Assembly (NCBI GenBank): GCA_964304625.1 | Contig: OZ199838.1 | Coordinates: forward strand, 2,767,702 to 2,831,701 | Length of the DNA stretch: 64,000 nucleotides | Direction: 5' to 3' | Source of the DNA: Kudoa neothunni | Lineage: Eukaryota; Animalia; Cnidaria | In this document: positions 1-13,866 of the stretch, piece by piece | How the letters are laid out: every line of letters begins with the position of its first letter | Position numbering within the stretch: the first letter of the stretch is position 1 | Notes under the pieces: model-generated | Databases searched by the model: none | Told to the model about the DNA's origin: nothing | Seen by the model: the letters and a program-made list of their open reading frames with translations, nothing else | Made by a program: the position numbers and the translations under genes

Positions 1-1184
1 TATAAGATGTTATTTTTATCGCACGTATTAATTGCTCAATTTCATAACTTAACAATCCATATGAGCTCAAAAATAAATATTAATTGAGGCATTTATTCGA
101 AAGATTCAGTGGCTGGGGGGTGCTTCGTAATCCCATTGGGACCAAGGAAAAATTACGAACCACGCGTCACTACAAAATCACCTGGAAAAAAAACATAATT
201 AATTAATTAATTTTTAAATATTATATTTTTATTCTTAATAGTCAAATTAATATTTTTAAATAATTTGAGAGATAAATGACATATCATAATCTTATATGTA
301 AGTTAATTTTGTAACATAATCTCAAATTACGAACTACACATTATTACGAACCAAACGTCGCCTGCTGTAAAACTAGGGTCTGCACTTTTTGATTTGGATC
401 GGAAAACGTCGATTTTTTTAAAAATATTTCCTCGTTTATTTCCCGATTAAAATAGACATTATTTGTTAGCTATTTTTCGCTTCACTACGTGTAGAAAAAA
501 AGAGAAATAGACTATTCTATAGACGAATGGACTGATTTAAAAGATGTGAACCATAATTTAGTCTGCATATTTTGTAAACCTACGTTGTCTCTACGACAAA
601 ATAGAATAATGGAGCACATAAATTCGAAAAAACACGTCTTTAAAGGCATTGTTCGAAAATATACCTCTAATCTCGAATATTTATTTCAGAGATGAGCAGA
701 ATAACGAGCTAGAAATGGATCTGGGTTCGATTGTCGCATTTGATGGACTTTCATTGTCATTTATTGATAGAAGTAGTAGGTATCATGATGTCTTAGCAAA
801 ATATTGTTATGCCTGGCAATCCTTGCCTAATGGAAGAACTTTGATCGATCAATATCTTCCTATGATATATAAAAAAAATTCAGATATAATAAAAATTACT
901 TTGAAGAACGAGAGATTCTCTTTAATAATTGATGAAAGTCTTGATTTTAAAAATAGATCATTATTCAATATAGTGGTTTGTTTTCATGATCCAGAGATTA
1001 ATGATTGGCCCATATTGATGATCGATTCGAAAGTCCTCACTGAATGTGGCTCTGTCATTCTCGCCGACGTAGTTTCCGAGGAACTTAAGAAGAATGAATT
1101 ATCTTGTCAACATTCTTAAATGATAAAAAGGTTAAAATAATGAATAAAGTATCAGGTTTTTTCAATGTTTAACTTTTACACCTA

Positions 1185-2421
1185 CAATAAGATCTCGATA
1201 TTGCGCACTAAATCGGGACCTGAGCTTTTACTTCCCAATAAGAAAACACTGCTCAATATCGAGGATTCGCGCATCGCTACCAGAATAAATTTTTTATTTT
1301 TCAACGAAAAAATGATCTGCCTTATATATATTATTAAATTGAATATGCGAAAGGCATCAATCTAATAATATACGAACTTTTCTTCATCTTGAGTTAAAAT
1401 ATCACGAAGACTGTTGAAGTGATCCAACCATTTTTTGGATTGTTAATATTTAACAGAAAATTCATAAATTCCTTTTAAACGGGGGGTCTCTTTAAATTAA
1501 TCGACGAAAATATATGGAAATTTTATCCCTTCAAATTCAGCGTTCTATAATTCTATTACATGTTTTTTTATTTTTTCATTTCCATTTAATTCAACTTCTT
1601 TATATCATATGTTCGTTGAGTGCATTGTTCTTAGGAAAGAGCGGTCTCATCGAGATAAAAAATATTTTCTTTTTCATATCTACATTTTACCTAATAAAAT
1701 TTGACTACCTAATCATTAACAATATTATCATCAACTTTCCCCCTTCTTCGCAAAGAGTGAATTTTTAAACAACAGAGAATCTTAAAATTTTTTACGGAAA
1801 CCTTTCGTTCCATTTAAATCAGTGATTTAAGATCATCGGCCAAAAGTTTTGCCTTCTCAGTACTAAAAACTCTAGAATATTTGTCTTTTTTTGGTATTCT
1901 GACACAATCCGGACATATAACGCAATCTGAGGTTTGACGTATGTTTTATTAGTAATTCCTTTACTGAGAGAAAACAACATTGGAGATCATTAGATAGAAT
2001 TCTGTTCTAATTAGAATAACTAATTATATTTTGAATAGAACTCACCACAACATAAATCATGATATTCTCTGGCACAATAGAGTAATTTATTGGCATTTCA
2101 GATTGAGGTGATTGAATCATAATATTGAATAGTTCCAATTTTTTAACGGAATTTCTTTCATCATTCACAATACCGAACGTTCAGAATGTGTAATTTAGCT
2201 GATTAATCCGAACAAAATTTGGAGTAACCACTGCCCAATAGCAAGCAAGACCCTGAATTTTACAAAAAATGCATTTTTTAAATATTATTTCGTATTTCTT
2301 GGTAAAAAATTAAACTAAAAGAGTGTATACATCGAGAAGATTACAATGTTAGTTAGAGAAATTTGAAAAAATGTCGACTACCCTATATCGAATCGAACCT
2401 AGCAATATCGAGAGCTTACTT
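1185..2421 (-). mobile_element. Decayed pogo/Tigger-like (Tc1/mariner superfamily) element nested in the hAT element
   Basis: TIR core TAAG(A/C)TCTCGATATTGC at both ends with TA flanks. Minus-strand remnants EKAKLLADDL (CENP-B HTH-like) and NPKNGWITSTVF (DDE_1 'KAWMT'-like). Confidence 0.6.
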
Positions 2422-2426
2422 TACTG

Positions 2427-3119
2427 CAATGTTTCCCAACTTTTTTTTTATCGCGCTCCACCTTTTCCAAATGTATTGATTTTTTAACTTAAACCGCCTA
2501 TAATTTATATCAAGCTTCATGCCATCTTAAAATTAGAAAATGACTAACATATTTCTTTTTCATAAGAATTAAAGTGTATTCGATCAGATCTAATTTAATT
2601 TATAAATTGACTTTAAAAATTAACAATTTTACTTCTTCATTCAGTCAAAAACCGCTTTAATTAAAACTTGTGGTTATCTAATCCCCATCAGGCAAAATTT
2701 TTCTGTATTTGGGGTTTAAACGCCGTAATTAAATAATTAATAACGAAAATTAATCAACATTATTTTTGGATAAATCAAAAAAAGAGGGGATCACGGTTAT
2801 GAATGTGGCAACATTGGAATTATAAACATTCCGATTCTATTGAGCAAAAAAAATGTTCACATTTTATATTGTTTATATAAATTAATCCGCGAGTTTGTAT
2901 TGTTTTGGGATCTTCACATTCGCTTAAAAATAAACAAGATCAAAAATCAAAATATTTATTTCAATGTGCGCCACATTGCCCAATTACCTCACCATTATTA
3001 TCCATGTCACATCAATGCCCAGGATTTTTCACGTCCTTCAAGAGCGGTTCACTAAACGCTCAATGATTTCCAAGCCCTCTCTCCCAACGATTTTCCACGC
3101 CCCACGTTGCGACACATTT
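2427..3119. mobile_element. Non-autonomous hAT (Charlie/Buster-like) element, copy 1
   Basis: Termini CAATGTTTCCCAAC and GTTGCGACACATTT. Internal sequence is recognisably homologous to copy 2 at 46816-47467. Confidence 0.65.
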
Positions 3120-4565
3120 CCTTAATGTAGTCAACCTGGTAAATAAAAAATAAACAAATAAACAATCAAACAAACAAACAAACAGAAGGATGTTTTCCAT
3201 CGAATGGTTTTTTAAAATCCATGAAAACCATTGATATCACTCAAAGTGAGAATACTAAAAAAATCTGCCCAAGGGATTTATCCAAATTTGTTAGTGTCGA
3301 GCAAAGATAAACTTTACAACAAGAGTTGTTCGCATTTTCCCTCCATACAAGTGATACGATGATTGGCCCTGGATTTTGAAAAAAAACGAACCAAGGTATC
3401 CTGTATTGTCTAGGTTATGCCAGGATTTAATGCACACACCTCTCTCATCTATAGCCGTGGAAAGAAGCTTCTCAAAGTTGAAGCATTTGTTCACACATGA
3501 TAGTAATAGTCTGACGACTGAGCGAATGAGAATGTTGTCAAAATTATAATTAAACGCAGTTATATAAATAATATTATATTTTTTATGGTATTGATATTAG
3601 TTTCGCCCCCCCCCCCCCAATTCCAAGGCGCATGCGCGACTTAAAAAATTAAATTTGCATAATTGCTGACCCTATATTTAACTTAATCTTAAATGCAAGC
3701 GCGCGCACGCGGTATCTATTATGATCTCCACAATTCCTCCCGTTTCTTCTTAAATTCAAAATACCTTTTAATATCTATCATAATCAAATTTCCTAATCAA
3801 AATTACGTTTATAATAATTACGGATAATGAAATACGGCTGAACCACGCATAATATATTAAAATCGAACGAGTCAATATAGTTGTTATTAAATCATATTTG
3901 AAATTTAATTATTCAAAATCCCGCGAATATTAAAATCAGCCAATCACAAGATTAATTTGAATGCGATCTTTAAATTGAATCATTTCATTACACGATAAAA
4001 AGAAATTAAATCCGATTTAATAAACAAGAAAAATTCCACATTATTGATTCTACACCCTACATTGGATTACACTACTAAATAATTAGAAATACACGCATTT
4101 TAGAATATAGAAAATCTTTGTTGTATCATTATCTAATTTTTTTTACTTGAACATACGTCTACTGTTAATACAATAAAATTATTTGTTATTACATAAAACA
4201 TGGCATACTTTAAAATTTTAAATTATACAGACTAGACTACGCATGGAACTTTCGATTTTCATGCTAATGCAATATATTATAGCAATAAATTAAATTATTG
4301 CGCATAAATTGATATTCTAACACAACCAAATACACTTAAGTTAAAACATTTAAACTCAGTATTATCACATAAACTCAAAAAAATATCAAATTTTACAATA
4401 TTTTTTTATTTTTCTCTTATTTTAAACTGAAAAATAGCATAATTACACAAATCAATACGCCAATATTTTTTAATATCAATATTATAATATTATAGCCCAA
4501 AAAAACGACAATAAAATTCAGCAATAATATTATTGCTAAAATTAAGATGAAACATCTCAAAACGT

Positions 4566-4843
4566 TCATTCACTAATTCGTTTGTAGTATTGTACTTCTG
4601 GTTTGGGGTAGAGGAAATAACCGGCATAGATAAAAGTGAGGCAGAATAAATTAAATCTTGGGAAAAATTTAATGTCTCTTATTCTATCCACCAAACAAGC
4701 GTGACCAAGAGATGTGGTGATTGAAGCTGCTAGACCTATCGGCAAAAATTCGATTTAATTTTTATTCACTTCACCACGCAATACTCACCCCAACTAAGTG
4801 TGGATTCGGCTACACGTAGCGCTTCTCTTCTTGACCAAGCCAT
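4566..4843 (-). CDS. 74-aa membrane microprotein, possibly complex I accessory subunit NDUFC2/B14.5b-like; 2 exons (4843-4789, 4735-4566)
   Basis: ATG, a GTGAGT...TAG intron (4736-4788) and an open frame to TGA give MAWSRREALRVAESTLSWGLAASITTSLGHACLVDRIRDIKFFPRFNLFCLTFIYAGYFLYPKPEVQYYKRISE. Two hydrophobic segments; FIYAGYFL resembles NDUFC2 FFFAGYYL. Absent from the ORF track. Identity is tentative. Confidence 0.65.
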
Positions 4844-5037
4844 TTTAAAAATAGCTGCGCGCGACGATATTAATGGTTATTATCAGTTGATGTTTTTGTC
4901 GAAAGATCAGTACTCGAATTAGCGCATTATTGACAATGGAATTTATTTGTCATTCGGCTGAAAATCATAATACCCTCACAGTACAATGTTAGTATCGTCG
5001 AGTGCAGAATCAACGATGATAACCGATTGCACACAAA

Positions 5038-5578
5038 ATGGCTAAACTACCTGATGGTTGTGTGGAACTCCAAAAATCTTTGATTTCATTGAGTGAAGCA
5101 CAGAAGAAATACGAAGAAGGTACTTATAATCCTTCTCGCTTTGTTGCTATGGAGTTTTATTCTTCTACAGAATTGAAACAATGTGAATCCAATATGCAAC
5201 AATTACAAACACAACAGATTGAATGCAAACTAGTGCTTCAAGTATTGGATTTCATTAGTTGGTTGTGTATTGGTGGATACAGTTTTTTTTCCAGGAAGTT
5301 GAACGTCTTTCCCCCTCCAATACATTGTACAAACAAATCGGTGGAGCACTTGTTCCACAAGATATCGACGAAGCGAAAATTTCTATTCAAAAGAGAATCG
5401 ATTTTATCACTGGAGAAATGTGTTTTTTATTGGTTGTTAATGTTTTTTTTTAAATGAGAATCGATTTAGGGTCAAACATGAAACCAAAGCAAAAGGACTT
5501 GTTGAAAGAATTAAAGAAAACAATTCCAAGATGAGAGAGTGTCAGGAAAATTTCACGAAAATACTCACTGCTAAATAA
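5038..5578 (+). CDS. PFDN6: Prefoldin subunit 6 (beta-type), 4 exons
   Basis: Spliced with three GT-AG introns: ...QQLQTQQIECKLVLQEVERLSPSNTLYKQIGGALVPQDIDEAKISIQKRIDFITGEMVKHE...TAK*. Matches the PFDN6 pattern (YKLIGPVLVKQ...KRIDYI). Confidence 0.9.
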
Positions 5579-6223
5579 TAGTGGTTAGCGTGTTTTACTG
5601 ACTAATTGAATTTATATTTGCTGATAATTTATTTTGTGAAATTCATGTTTTGATTCTGCGCGCACCAAGTTAACCACCAATTAGAAAGTTTCTCTATTTG
5701 GCTGTATGCTTTTTATCTAGGTAGTTAATTTCAATGGTTATTAAACTGGTTTATTGCGCAGATAACATTTCTGAGTTTTATGTTGCACTGTATTTTGTCG
5801 AGAATGCTTGCGCACTTTTTTTTACTTTTTATCGGATAATTTAATATTTATAGAAAAAATTAATGGAACTCTTTTGTTGAGTTATTTTTATTTTACACAA
5901 TTAATTACATTCTTCAAGTGGATAACACAGGTAAATTGTGATACTCAGAGGTTGAATGGACGCTAGAAAATTTTTATCTATGGTCGAAATTAATTATTAT
6001 TAATTAATTAACATCATTGAGATAATATACAAAATTCATTCAATGGCAATATGGCAATATAGATTGGATTTTAGTATCATAGATCCTTGATTTAAATGAG
6101 CTGAATGAATTAATAATGCAAAAAAAAATATTTGCATGTAAAAAATTTTAAATGTGAAATTTAAATAGTTGTTAACGTATTAAAAATAAGATGAATAAAT
6201 ATTATTTACTTTATTTTATTTAA

Positions 6224-8261
6224 CCTTCCAGGTCACATGAAAATTTACACTCTAGGTTTTTTATTACCTAATTATTAGAAATTAATAGGTAACTATTCCT
6301 GTGTAGTGAGAAAAATTTTAATCAATCAATTAATGCTCAACCTTAAGTGTATACCAAAAAATTGACCAATTCTTTACAACCTTACATACTCATAAAAATT
6401 TAACTAATATGTGTATTATTTATTGCAACAGTTAGGACAAATACATTACGAATGTTTTATTCAATAAAAATTAACATAAACTCCAGATTTTGAGGAAGTT
6501 TTCTTGTCATTTTTTCTCTCACGTAATCGACATCTGCTTTGAAAAGTCGTTTCCCATTCTACTACAGGTCTAATGTAGGATTGAATTATTAGATTTTTTC
6601 TTGATAGTAGATAACATGTCATTTTGCTCAACCATCATTTTCAAGAAATCCCTTCTTCTAAGACTTACAAAAGAAAAGTGTTATTTGAATATGCAAAAAG
6701 CATTTATCAAGGTAAGGTCGATCATATTGAAAGACACAATTGGTGGCCAACCATGATTGATTCTTCTGACACTAACTAAAGCCAATAACCTTGCGATGGT
6801 ATCAACTCCCCCTTTTTATCGAATTATAATGTGATACAATGTCAGGTTTAAATGGTGCTTCAGTTACAATGTGTGTGTTACTTGAAGATGAACAAGACAT
6901 ATAGGCAGGATTGTTCTTCCTCGATAAATACCTTAATATCATCTTTTTTTTTATTAAATTCAAAAAGAGATGAATATAATGAGGTGTCTTTTTGAGGTCG
7001 TAGATAGAATGGAGTATCAAGTTTGTTTGCATGTGTGGTTCAAATAATTGTAAGTTTTCTACTTAACAATTCATCAGCTAACTTAATTGATGTAAAAATG
7101 TTGTCACAAACAATGCTACGTCCAGAGTTTATGAATGGTTCCGTAAGTTGTAAAACAATGTTTTTTCCAACAATAACAGTTTTTGTGTTATTCTGAGATC
7201 GCTTATCCAAGTAGATGGACAAATTTCAAATATGTGTGGATCTAGGATCAACCAATAAAAACAACTTAATCCTATACTCTGCAGGCTTCATCAGCATATA
7301 CTGCTTGAATTTACAACAAGTTGTTTGTCGACGCTGAGATCTTCATATGGGCGAAGGTTACGATTAAATCAATCAACCCAAATGTTCCAAAAATCCCTCA
7401 TATGACAAAATTTGTCATTAACTTTTCTCAAATAAGTTAGTTTCTGAGTCATCAAAGTGAAATGTCCCTATAATTTGTCGAAATCTTGTTAATGACAAGA
7501 GATCACGGTATATTTTTCGTCCTTCTTCAGATCCTACTAATTCCTTAACAGGTTCGTAGTTTCCTCTATATATGCTCATTAAAATTAGGCATCCGATGAA
7601 GCCATCAAGTTTGGTTTCGTCTAATTTTGTCCATATTGATTTGTTAATTTTAAAATCAACTTGTACATATCATGATTACATAAAAACTTAAAAGTATCAA
7701 CAATTTCGTTAACATTTTGAGATATGTGGTGAGAAACTCCTGGACAATTATTTACATTTTCAGCTGTCCATAGCACTCCATGTTTATCAACTAATGAGTC
7801 TAATAGTATATTAATGGTACAAATTTCATTATCTAATGATATATTATCATCAAATAGGAAATCATAATCAGACCAACTACCACTGTAATCACAAGAACTC
7901 ATCTCTTTTCGCGCGTGCGTACACGAATAGACTGAATAAATTATTGTCAATTTAAGGGTTATTAAACAATTAGAATTATCTAAAAAGTTACATATATATT
8001 TATTAAAATATTTTAAACAATTTTATCAACAAAAACCGTGGGGTGTATTTTACACCCAAATTTTTCTCGGAAGCTGTTTTGGCGTTAATTTAAGTCGCAA
8101 CGGAAATAATTAAAATTTTATTTTCGCTTTGTACGTATTACGTAAGTTTAAAAGATTAGCAAAAATATGAATTGTATCTATCGACTTCGTAATGGGAAAA
8201 AATTTCATCGACCATCTCCTTGGGTGGAAATACACCAAATTTTACAATTTAACTCGGAGGA
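6224..8261 (-). mobile_element. Decayed piggyBac (PGBD4-like transposase pseudogene)
   Basis: TTAA flanks at 6220 and 8262. Minus-strand motifs KQYMLMKPAEYRIKLF, VLQLTEPFINSGRSIVCDNIFTSIKLADELL, KPDIVSHYNSIK and WPPIVSFNMID, with many stops and frameshifts. Confidence 0.85.
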
Positions 8262-9004
8262 TTAAACATTAGGCCATGGATATTACATAGGATTTTTTAC
8301 TTTTAAATATATTATAAGATGAAAATTTAATAAGTATAATTATTACAATTTTTACATCTTCATATTTGCATTTATGCGAATATACTTTTTTTGTTGAGTC
8401 ATTATTATAAAAGAAATAATGACGTTTTTGGCTCATTTTTTAATGTTCCGGGGAAAATTTGGAATTGTTCTTAAAATTTTTAGTTATATGAATTAAATAA
8501 AAATAAGTCGATAGTGGGTATAACTTGTTTATAATAATTATGACAAATTTTTAATTGGATTGGATTAAATAATACGGTAAAATCAAATGGTACTCATGAA
8601 TCGAACATAAAAACATGCGTAAGTCGCTCAGAAAGTGCGAAAAATCGATCTCTTACTCTCCACACTTTTTACGATGAAGTATTAAAATTATAATAGGAGA
8701 AAATAAAGAGATGAATTAGCTTGATGTTAATTATTATTTTATATTGTCGAAGTTTTTATATTTTAAAGCTCAACTTAAAATAGAACGGTTAATGACAATC
8801 ATTTGAACCTCTGCGCTATTTGAATCCCAAACATCAAATATATTAGAAATTTGATACCAAATTTTGATTCAAATGTAGATATAAGATAATTAGAACATCA
8901 TTTTTTATTTTTTTCGAATCGAAATAATTTTTGAAATTGACAGTAAACTTAGCCGCAATGAACTAAGAAAGCGATTACGACCGACCAAACGACGAAGATT
9001 TAAA

Positions 9005-9407
9005 ATGGGTATGAGTCCCTGGTACAAATTCTACGGTGAATTATATCGCTGCTTCACTGGTGTAATTTGCGCAATCTAAAAAATTCCTGTGGAGATATTG
9101 AATTTCAATGTGTTTTAGAGACCATGGGTTCCTGGATACAAATTCGAAAATATTAATTTTGTTTCTAGGTAGTTAATTTTGTGTATCATGTGTTTTTGGT
9201 AAAAATAATTTGTTAAGGGTGGACGTAGTTCCCACAGCCGAAAAATCATTTCCAAAAAAACTATCAAATGATGATTATTATTTGCGTGATAAACGAAGAC
9301 AAATGAAACCGCCGGTTGTTATTTATTCGGCTTCCGACAACTTTACTCTCCCTCCCAATCCAACTGAAACTCTACCAAATACGGCTGACAAACCTCCATC
9401 CAAATAA
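9005..9407 (+). CDS. NDUFA7: NADH:ubiquinone oxidoreductase subunit A7 (B14.5a), 3 exons (9005-9061, 9119-9168, 9218-9407)
   Basis: Spliced product MGMSPWYKFYGELYRCFTGRPWVPGYKFENINFVSRVDVVPTAEKSFPKKLSNDDYYLRDKRRQMKPPVVIYS... KLSNDDYYLRDKRRQMKPP matches the NDUFA7 signature KLSNNYYCTRDGRRESVPP. Confidence 0.8.
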
Positions 9408-9559
9408 ATACCAGATTACTCTATTGGAACAACTTTTTAATATTTAAACTGTTTATATTTGCTGTTTGCATTTTTTCCATAATTTTCTTCGCACAATTAT
9501 TTTATTTAAATGGTTCACGCTAAACGATGGAATTTCCATTCATTCTTAACCCTCGAATG

Positions 9560-10300
9560 CAATTACTTTCAACCGGGGATCCGCGGCAGGAATACATATG
9601 AAAATTTTTTATTGGCATCTAAATTTAATTAAACATGACCGATGATATATTTGGCGATATTAAGTATGAGCAATTTTGTCCATTTTAATTAATTATTATT
9701 CTCATAACAAGTATTTAAATTTGGAATAATTTTAATAACAAAGATTTTAAATCATTTAATTTGTTAAAACCCCACTGAATGCTGGTAGCAGTGCTCCAAT
9801 AATCTGAGTTCGTTTTTGAATGCAATAATACGAATTTCATCAAATTTTTCTATCATTTCGTCTTTTTCTATGAAAATTTTGTGTATAGCAAGAATTTCAC
9901 GATATCAAGGATCACGTTGTTCTCTCGCAATTGAAACAACAGAAAGTGAATGGCCCATGCTTATTTTCAGTTTTGGACAATATCCACATATTGTAGCTGT
10001 AATACAAAGTCACCAACCACAAATATCATATTAGTTTTTCTTTGGTTTTAATATAAAAAAAACTTTGAAAATATCTCCGTTATTTTTTTGGTTAATGAGC
10101 GTAAAAATGTTAAAACTTGTATTTTATTTATTAAAATTTAATTTTATATGTACCATCTCTTTTATTTTTATTAATAAGCGCGAATGCAAATATTAAAACC
10201 AATATTTTCATAATTTGGGTTTGATTTAATATGTTGGGATCCGCGAAAAATTTTTAATCTCTTTGGGGTTTCGCGGTTCCAAAAAGGTTGAAAACCACTC
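9560..10300. mobile_element. Decayed non-autonomous hAT element
   Basis: Degenerate CAGTGGTTTTCAACC-type termini (CAATTACTTTCAACC and GGTTGAAAACCACTC) with subterminal GGGATCCGCG motifs near both ends. No intact TSD. Confidence 0.5.
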
Positions 10301-11839
10301 TCTTAAAGTCAAGGTTAGGAGACAATTTACGAAATAACACTCAATAATTGCTTTAAATAATAGAGCGTTTCGAATAGAAAGATTTATAATACTAAAAATA
10401 GTTATTTTGCTTTAATTAAGAAAATATTTAAATGATAAAGTGTTATGAGTATGGAGAAACTTTTAATATGCTACATTTATGAACAACAGCCATTAATAAT
10501 GATTTACTGTTAATTTTATTGAAGATAATGTCACGTAAAAATAAAATAAATAGTTTGATGCATGATTCGTAATCACATTAACATTCCTTCATAGCGAAAT
10601 ATAGCAACCAGTGTTTAACATGAGGATTATGTTGTTGCCTTCACCATCGTATATGCGATTAGAAGACAAATTTATTTTTCCAATTTTGGAAACAACTTTG
10701 ATGCGCTCCAGATGAAATCAACATATAAGATTTTTTAGAGCCGCTTTCGACGAAAAAAGTCGTCAAAATGGTTAAAAATAGGGAGTCACACACTCCACAA
10801 TGACCAAATTCTGTGTTATTATTCAATATTTACAGGTTTTCGGTAAATACCCAAGATTTTCTAAAAAACGAAAAAAAAACCCAAGTACTGGCAGCCCTGG
10901 TACAAATAGACACTATTTTAATAAAGCTTTTTTTGTAAATGTAATAATCGCAATTAATTTTTGACCAAACCCTGGGGCCCTATATGCAAGGTCAGCCAAA
11001 TTAGACAATCAACGCGAAAAATTAAATAAACGAAAGTATTGAAACAAATGATATTTTTGAAAAAATTGAAGATATTATATTTGAATTTTCATGTATTTCA
11101 ACCAATTCTTCAATAACAGATTATTTGAACTTATTTGCATTAAGTCAAATGTCAATTTGTGTCTCTATAACAATAGAAACTGCTCGTTGGACTATCAAAA
11201 TTGTAATAAATAATTTAATATCTCATTTCTGATGGCGGAAGGGTAATTATTTGGTTAAAAACGAAATAACATAAAAACGTGCGCATGCGCACTCCGACAA
11301 TGAATTAAACGGCTTCCAAATGTTACCATTTGGTATCTTGTGTGAATCTTTTTAATTTTATATAGAATTATTCATAATTAAACATAATGAGAAAAAATTT
11401 TGTTCAATCACCGAATTAAATTCGGAGTCTAAAGGGTTAATTTAAACCTAAACAATATACGATCTCGCTTCGGAAGGTATTATATTATTGTGAATAACTT
11501 GGTAGAATTGCTCCATTTATATAATTCGTCGAAATATCTCAAATTTTACCTTTATGATACCATCGAAATTAATTTCAATTTTTGTTCGATATCAAAGTTT
11601 TAAATTGACCAATAAATTAATTATTTATAGTTAAAAAAATAAAAAATGTGGTAATTTTAATATTACAATAAGTTAAGATGTGAAATATTTGTCTTACAGA
11701 AAATTGCTTCGCATTTCTAGAACAGTTATTTAATCCTAACCACTCCCATTCAAATAGCTAAATTAACCTATCTAAATAATATATATGTTCGTTAATCCTT
11801 ACTGAATTCATTATACACGATCGGCAATAGCACAAAATT

Positions 11840-13866
11840 ATGAAATTTGCTTTTTTGTGTTTTACCCTTTTTTATACAGGTAACGTAATGCAATATTTTC
11901 TGATAAATAATTCTGTGCATAGTCCAACTTCATAGGTATTACATCGTAAGAGATAATCAGCTGCATAAGAATGCCATTCATCTGACCTTAGAAGGAAACC
12001 CAAACCATGTTTGTCGCATCAAGTTATTCACTAAAGATGATACTCATTATTTTTATCGAGATGTGAGTTGTGGTAGTCGAAACATTTGTGAAGTTTCCTG
12101 CAACGGGGAGTACACTTTTCATACTGATCACATCGCCCCTCATCATTTTCTTCAAATAGTCTCAAAAGCCAAAACAGACTTCCTCAAAGTTGTTCATAGT
12201 ATATTAATGACTAGCTATATTTTCATTTAATCCTACTTTTTAGCTACTTCAACAGTCCCCTTCTCCTCATATCACTTTGATGGCTCATCTGTGGCATTCA
12301 TCGTCAAACATATGTGTGAGGAATCGCCTTTCGTTTGTCAGATCAGATCTGGACAGTTTACCGTTCAGAGCTACACTCTTGATTCACATCCTCAATGTGG
12401 TTCGGAATATATGCTTAGCAGTTTTTACCATATCTACAATAAGCCCCTTGAACTCTACTGTGGACCACACAATCCAAAACTTTTTTTTGATAAAAATATG
12501 TTTCTAAACAATAAAAAAAACCTACTGAAACGACATCCTGTGAGAATCGCAGCTAATGCAGCTGAAAACAAAATAGACATCATATTCGATGAACCAATTC
12601 CCGACACAATTTGCAAATTTGAAATCGCTAAAAAGAGTGGAACATTGACATCTAAATGTGTAAATGATGAAAATATTGAATGTTACCAAGTTTGTCAAAA
12701 TGTTAGAATGGAAATAAGTCACGATAAAAGCAATGAAAAAATATTTGATATCAAAATATCCACTAGGGGCATAGAATCTGAGAAAATGTTAATGTCAAGT
12801 ATTTAACTATTATTTATACTATTTTATCTTATTTCATTAGCTGAGAAAAAAGATTTCCCAATAACGAATATCCTTAAGTATGAGGCTACGTTGGGAATCT
12901 CTACGCTTAACGCGGCAGATGCCGTATGCATGGTAGAATTGTTTGTACAAGATAATTACGTAAAAGTGGACTCAAACCATGTGGGATTAAGTGGACATAC
13001 ATCTTTTGCTTCATGTGGAACAGATGTAAAATTATTAAATCTTCAGGCTGATACCAAATATGTGGTCAGTGTACAATACAAAGCTTCGAGTGGTGCAGCT
13101 GTTACTGATGCGATTCAGATAAATAAAACTTTTAAAACAGGTATAAGAATCGATTTCGTACAAATTAATAATAATAATAAATAGCTAAAATTGACGGTGC
13201 TACTGTTGACATTACAGAATATCCTCAAAATGTTGTTATTATTCCACAACAGATGGATCACGAAGACTATAAAACAGAGTGTATAATAATGCAAGCATTG
13301 AAAGATACAAACACTTTTGTTCGATCGGTATGTGAAGAATCCTACAATTGCCTTGGCTTGTGCACTTCGGACTTTACTGTCACTACGCTGAAACCGGATA
13401 CAGAATACACCTTTAAAGTAGTCCCACAACGTTTCTATCTGGAAACTGCCGCTCTAACGAAAAATGTTCGAACAGGTATTATAGAGTTGTGAATTTGAAA
13501 TTTATATAAATTTTAGGGTCTCTATTTAAAAAAGTAGAACTTGGATATAAATGGACAGAAAATGATTTGGAAATAACAGTAAAGGTGGGAGATAGAACGG
13601 ATGGAATTTGTGACTTTACCTTCGTGGAAAAAACTAAGGAAAAAGAAGCCAAGCTTCTTGCTGTGCACGACCGAACAAACGGTTGGAATGAGCCATGCAA
13701 TTCAAAAATCAACTTTTTCGATGTGCCTGAGTACAAATCAGCTACATTGATTGTACAGCGCAGATATGACGGGGAGCCAGTTGAATTGGAACTCTTTGTC
13801 GCAGACCCAGCAGATGTTACAGCTTCTACAACGGAAGCCACAGCAACCTCTACAAGCACCCAATAA
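11840..13866 (+). CDS. Secreted/surface protein A, ~600 aa, about six Cys-containing FN3-like beta-sandwich modules, 6 exons
   Basis: Signal peptide MKFAFLCFTLFYTVQL. Five GT-AG introns, all phase 1. FN3 signatures LLNLQADTKYVVSV and VTTLKPDTEYTFKV. Thr/Ala-rich C-terminal stalk. Colinear paralog of the gene at 14550. Confidence 0.85.

Larger units (their letters stand above)
374..3674 (+). mobile_element. Decayed hAT transposon (CGGBP1-like zinc finger plus DDE transposase remnants), interrupted by nested insertions
   Basis: Inverted termini TAGGGTCTGCA (374) and TGCTGACCCTA (3674). Zn-finger remnant LVCIFCKPTLSLRQNRIMEHINSKKH (~560-635). ORF 649-1119 contains LPNGRTLIDQYLP...FSLIIDES. hAT dimerisation motif PLSSIAVERSFSKLKHLF at ~3440-3540. 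Confidence 0.75.

Noticed and set aside
108-366. Possible small MITE with GGTTCGTAAT-containing inverted repeats
   Set aside because: The termini are too degenerate to define and there is no second copy in the window.
8958-8966. ATG-AAC-TAA upstream of NDUFA7 as a regulatory uORF or true start
   Set aside because: It is out of frame with the CDS, no single-base deletion joins it, and the TSS is unknown.
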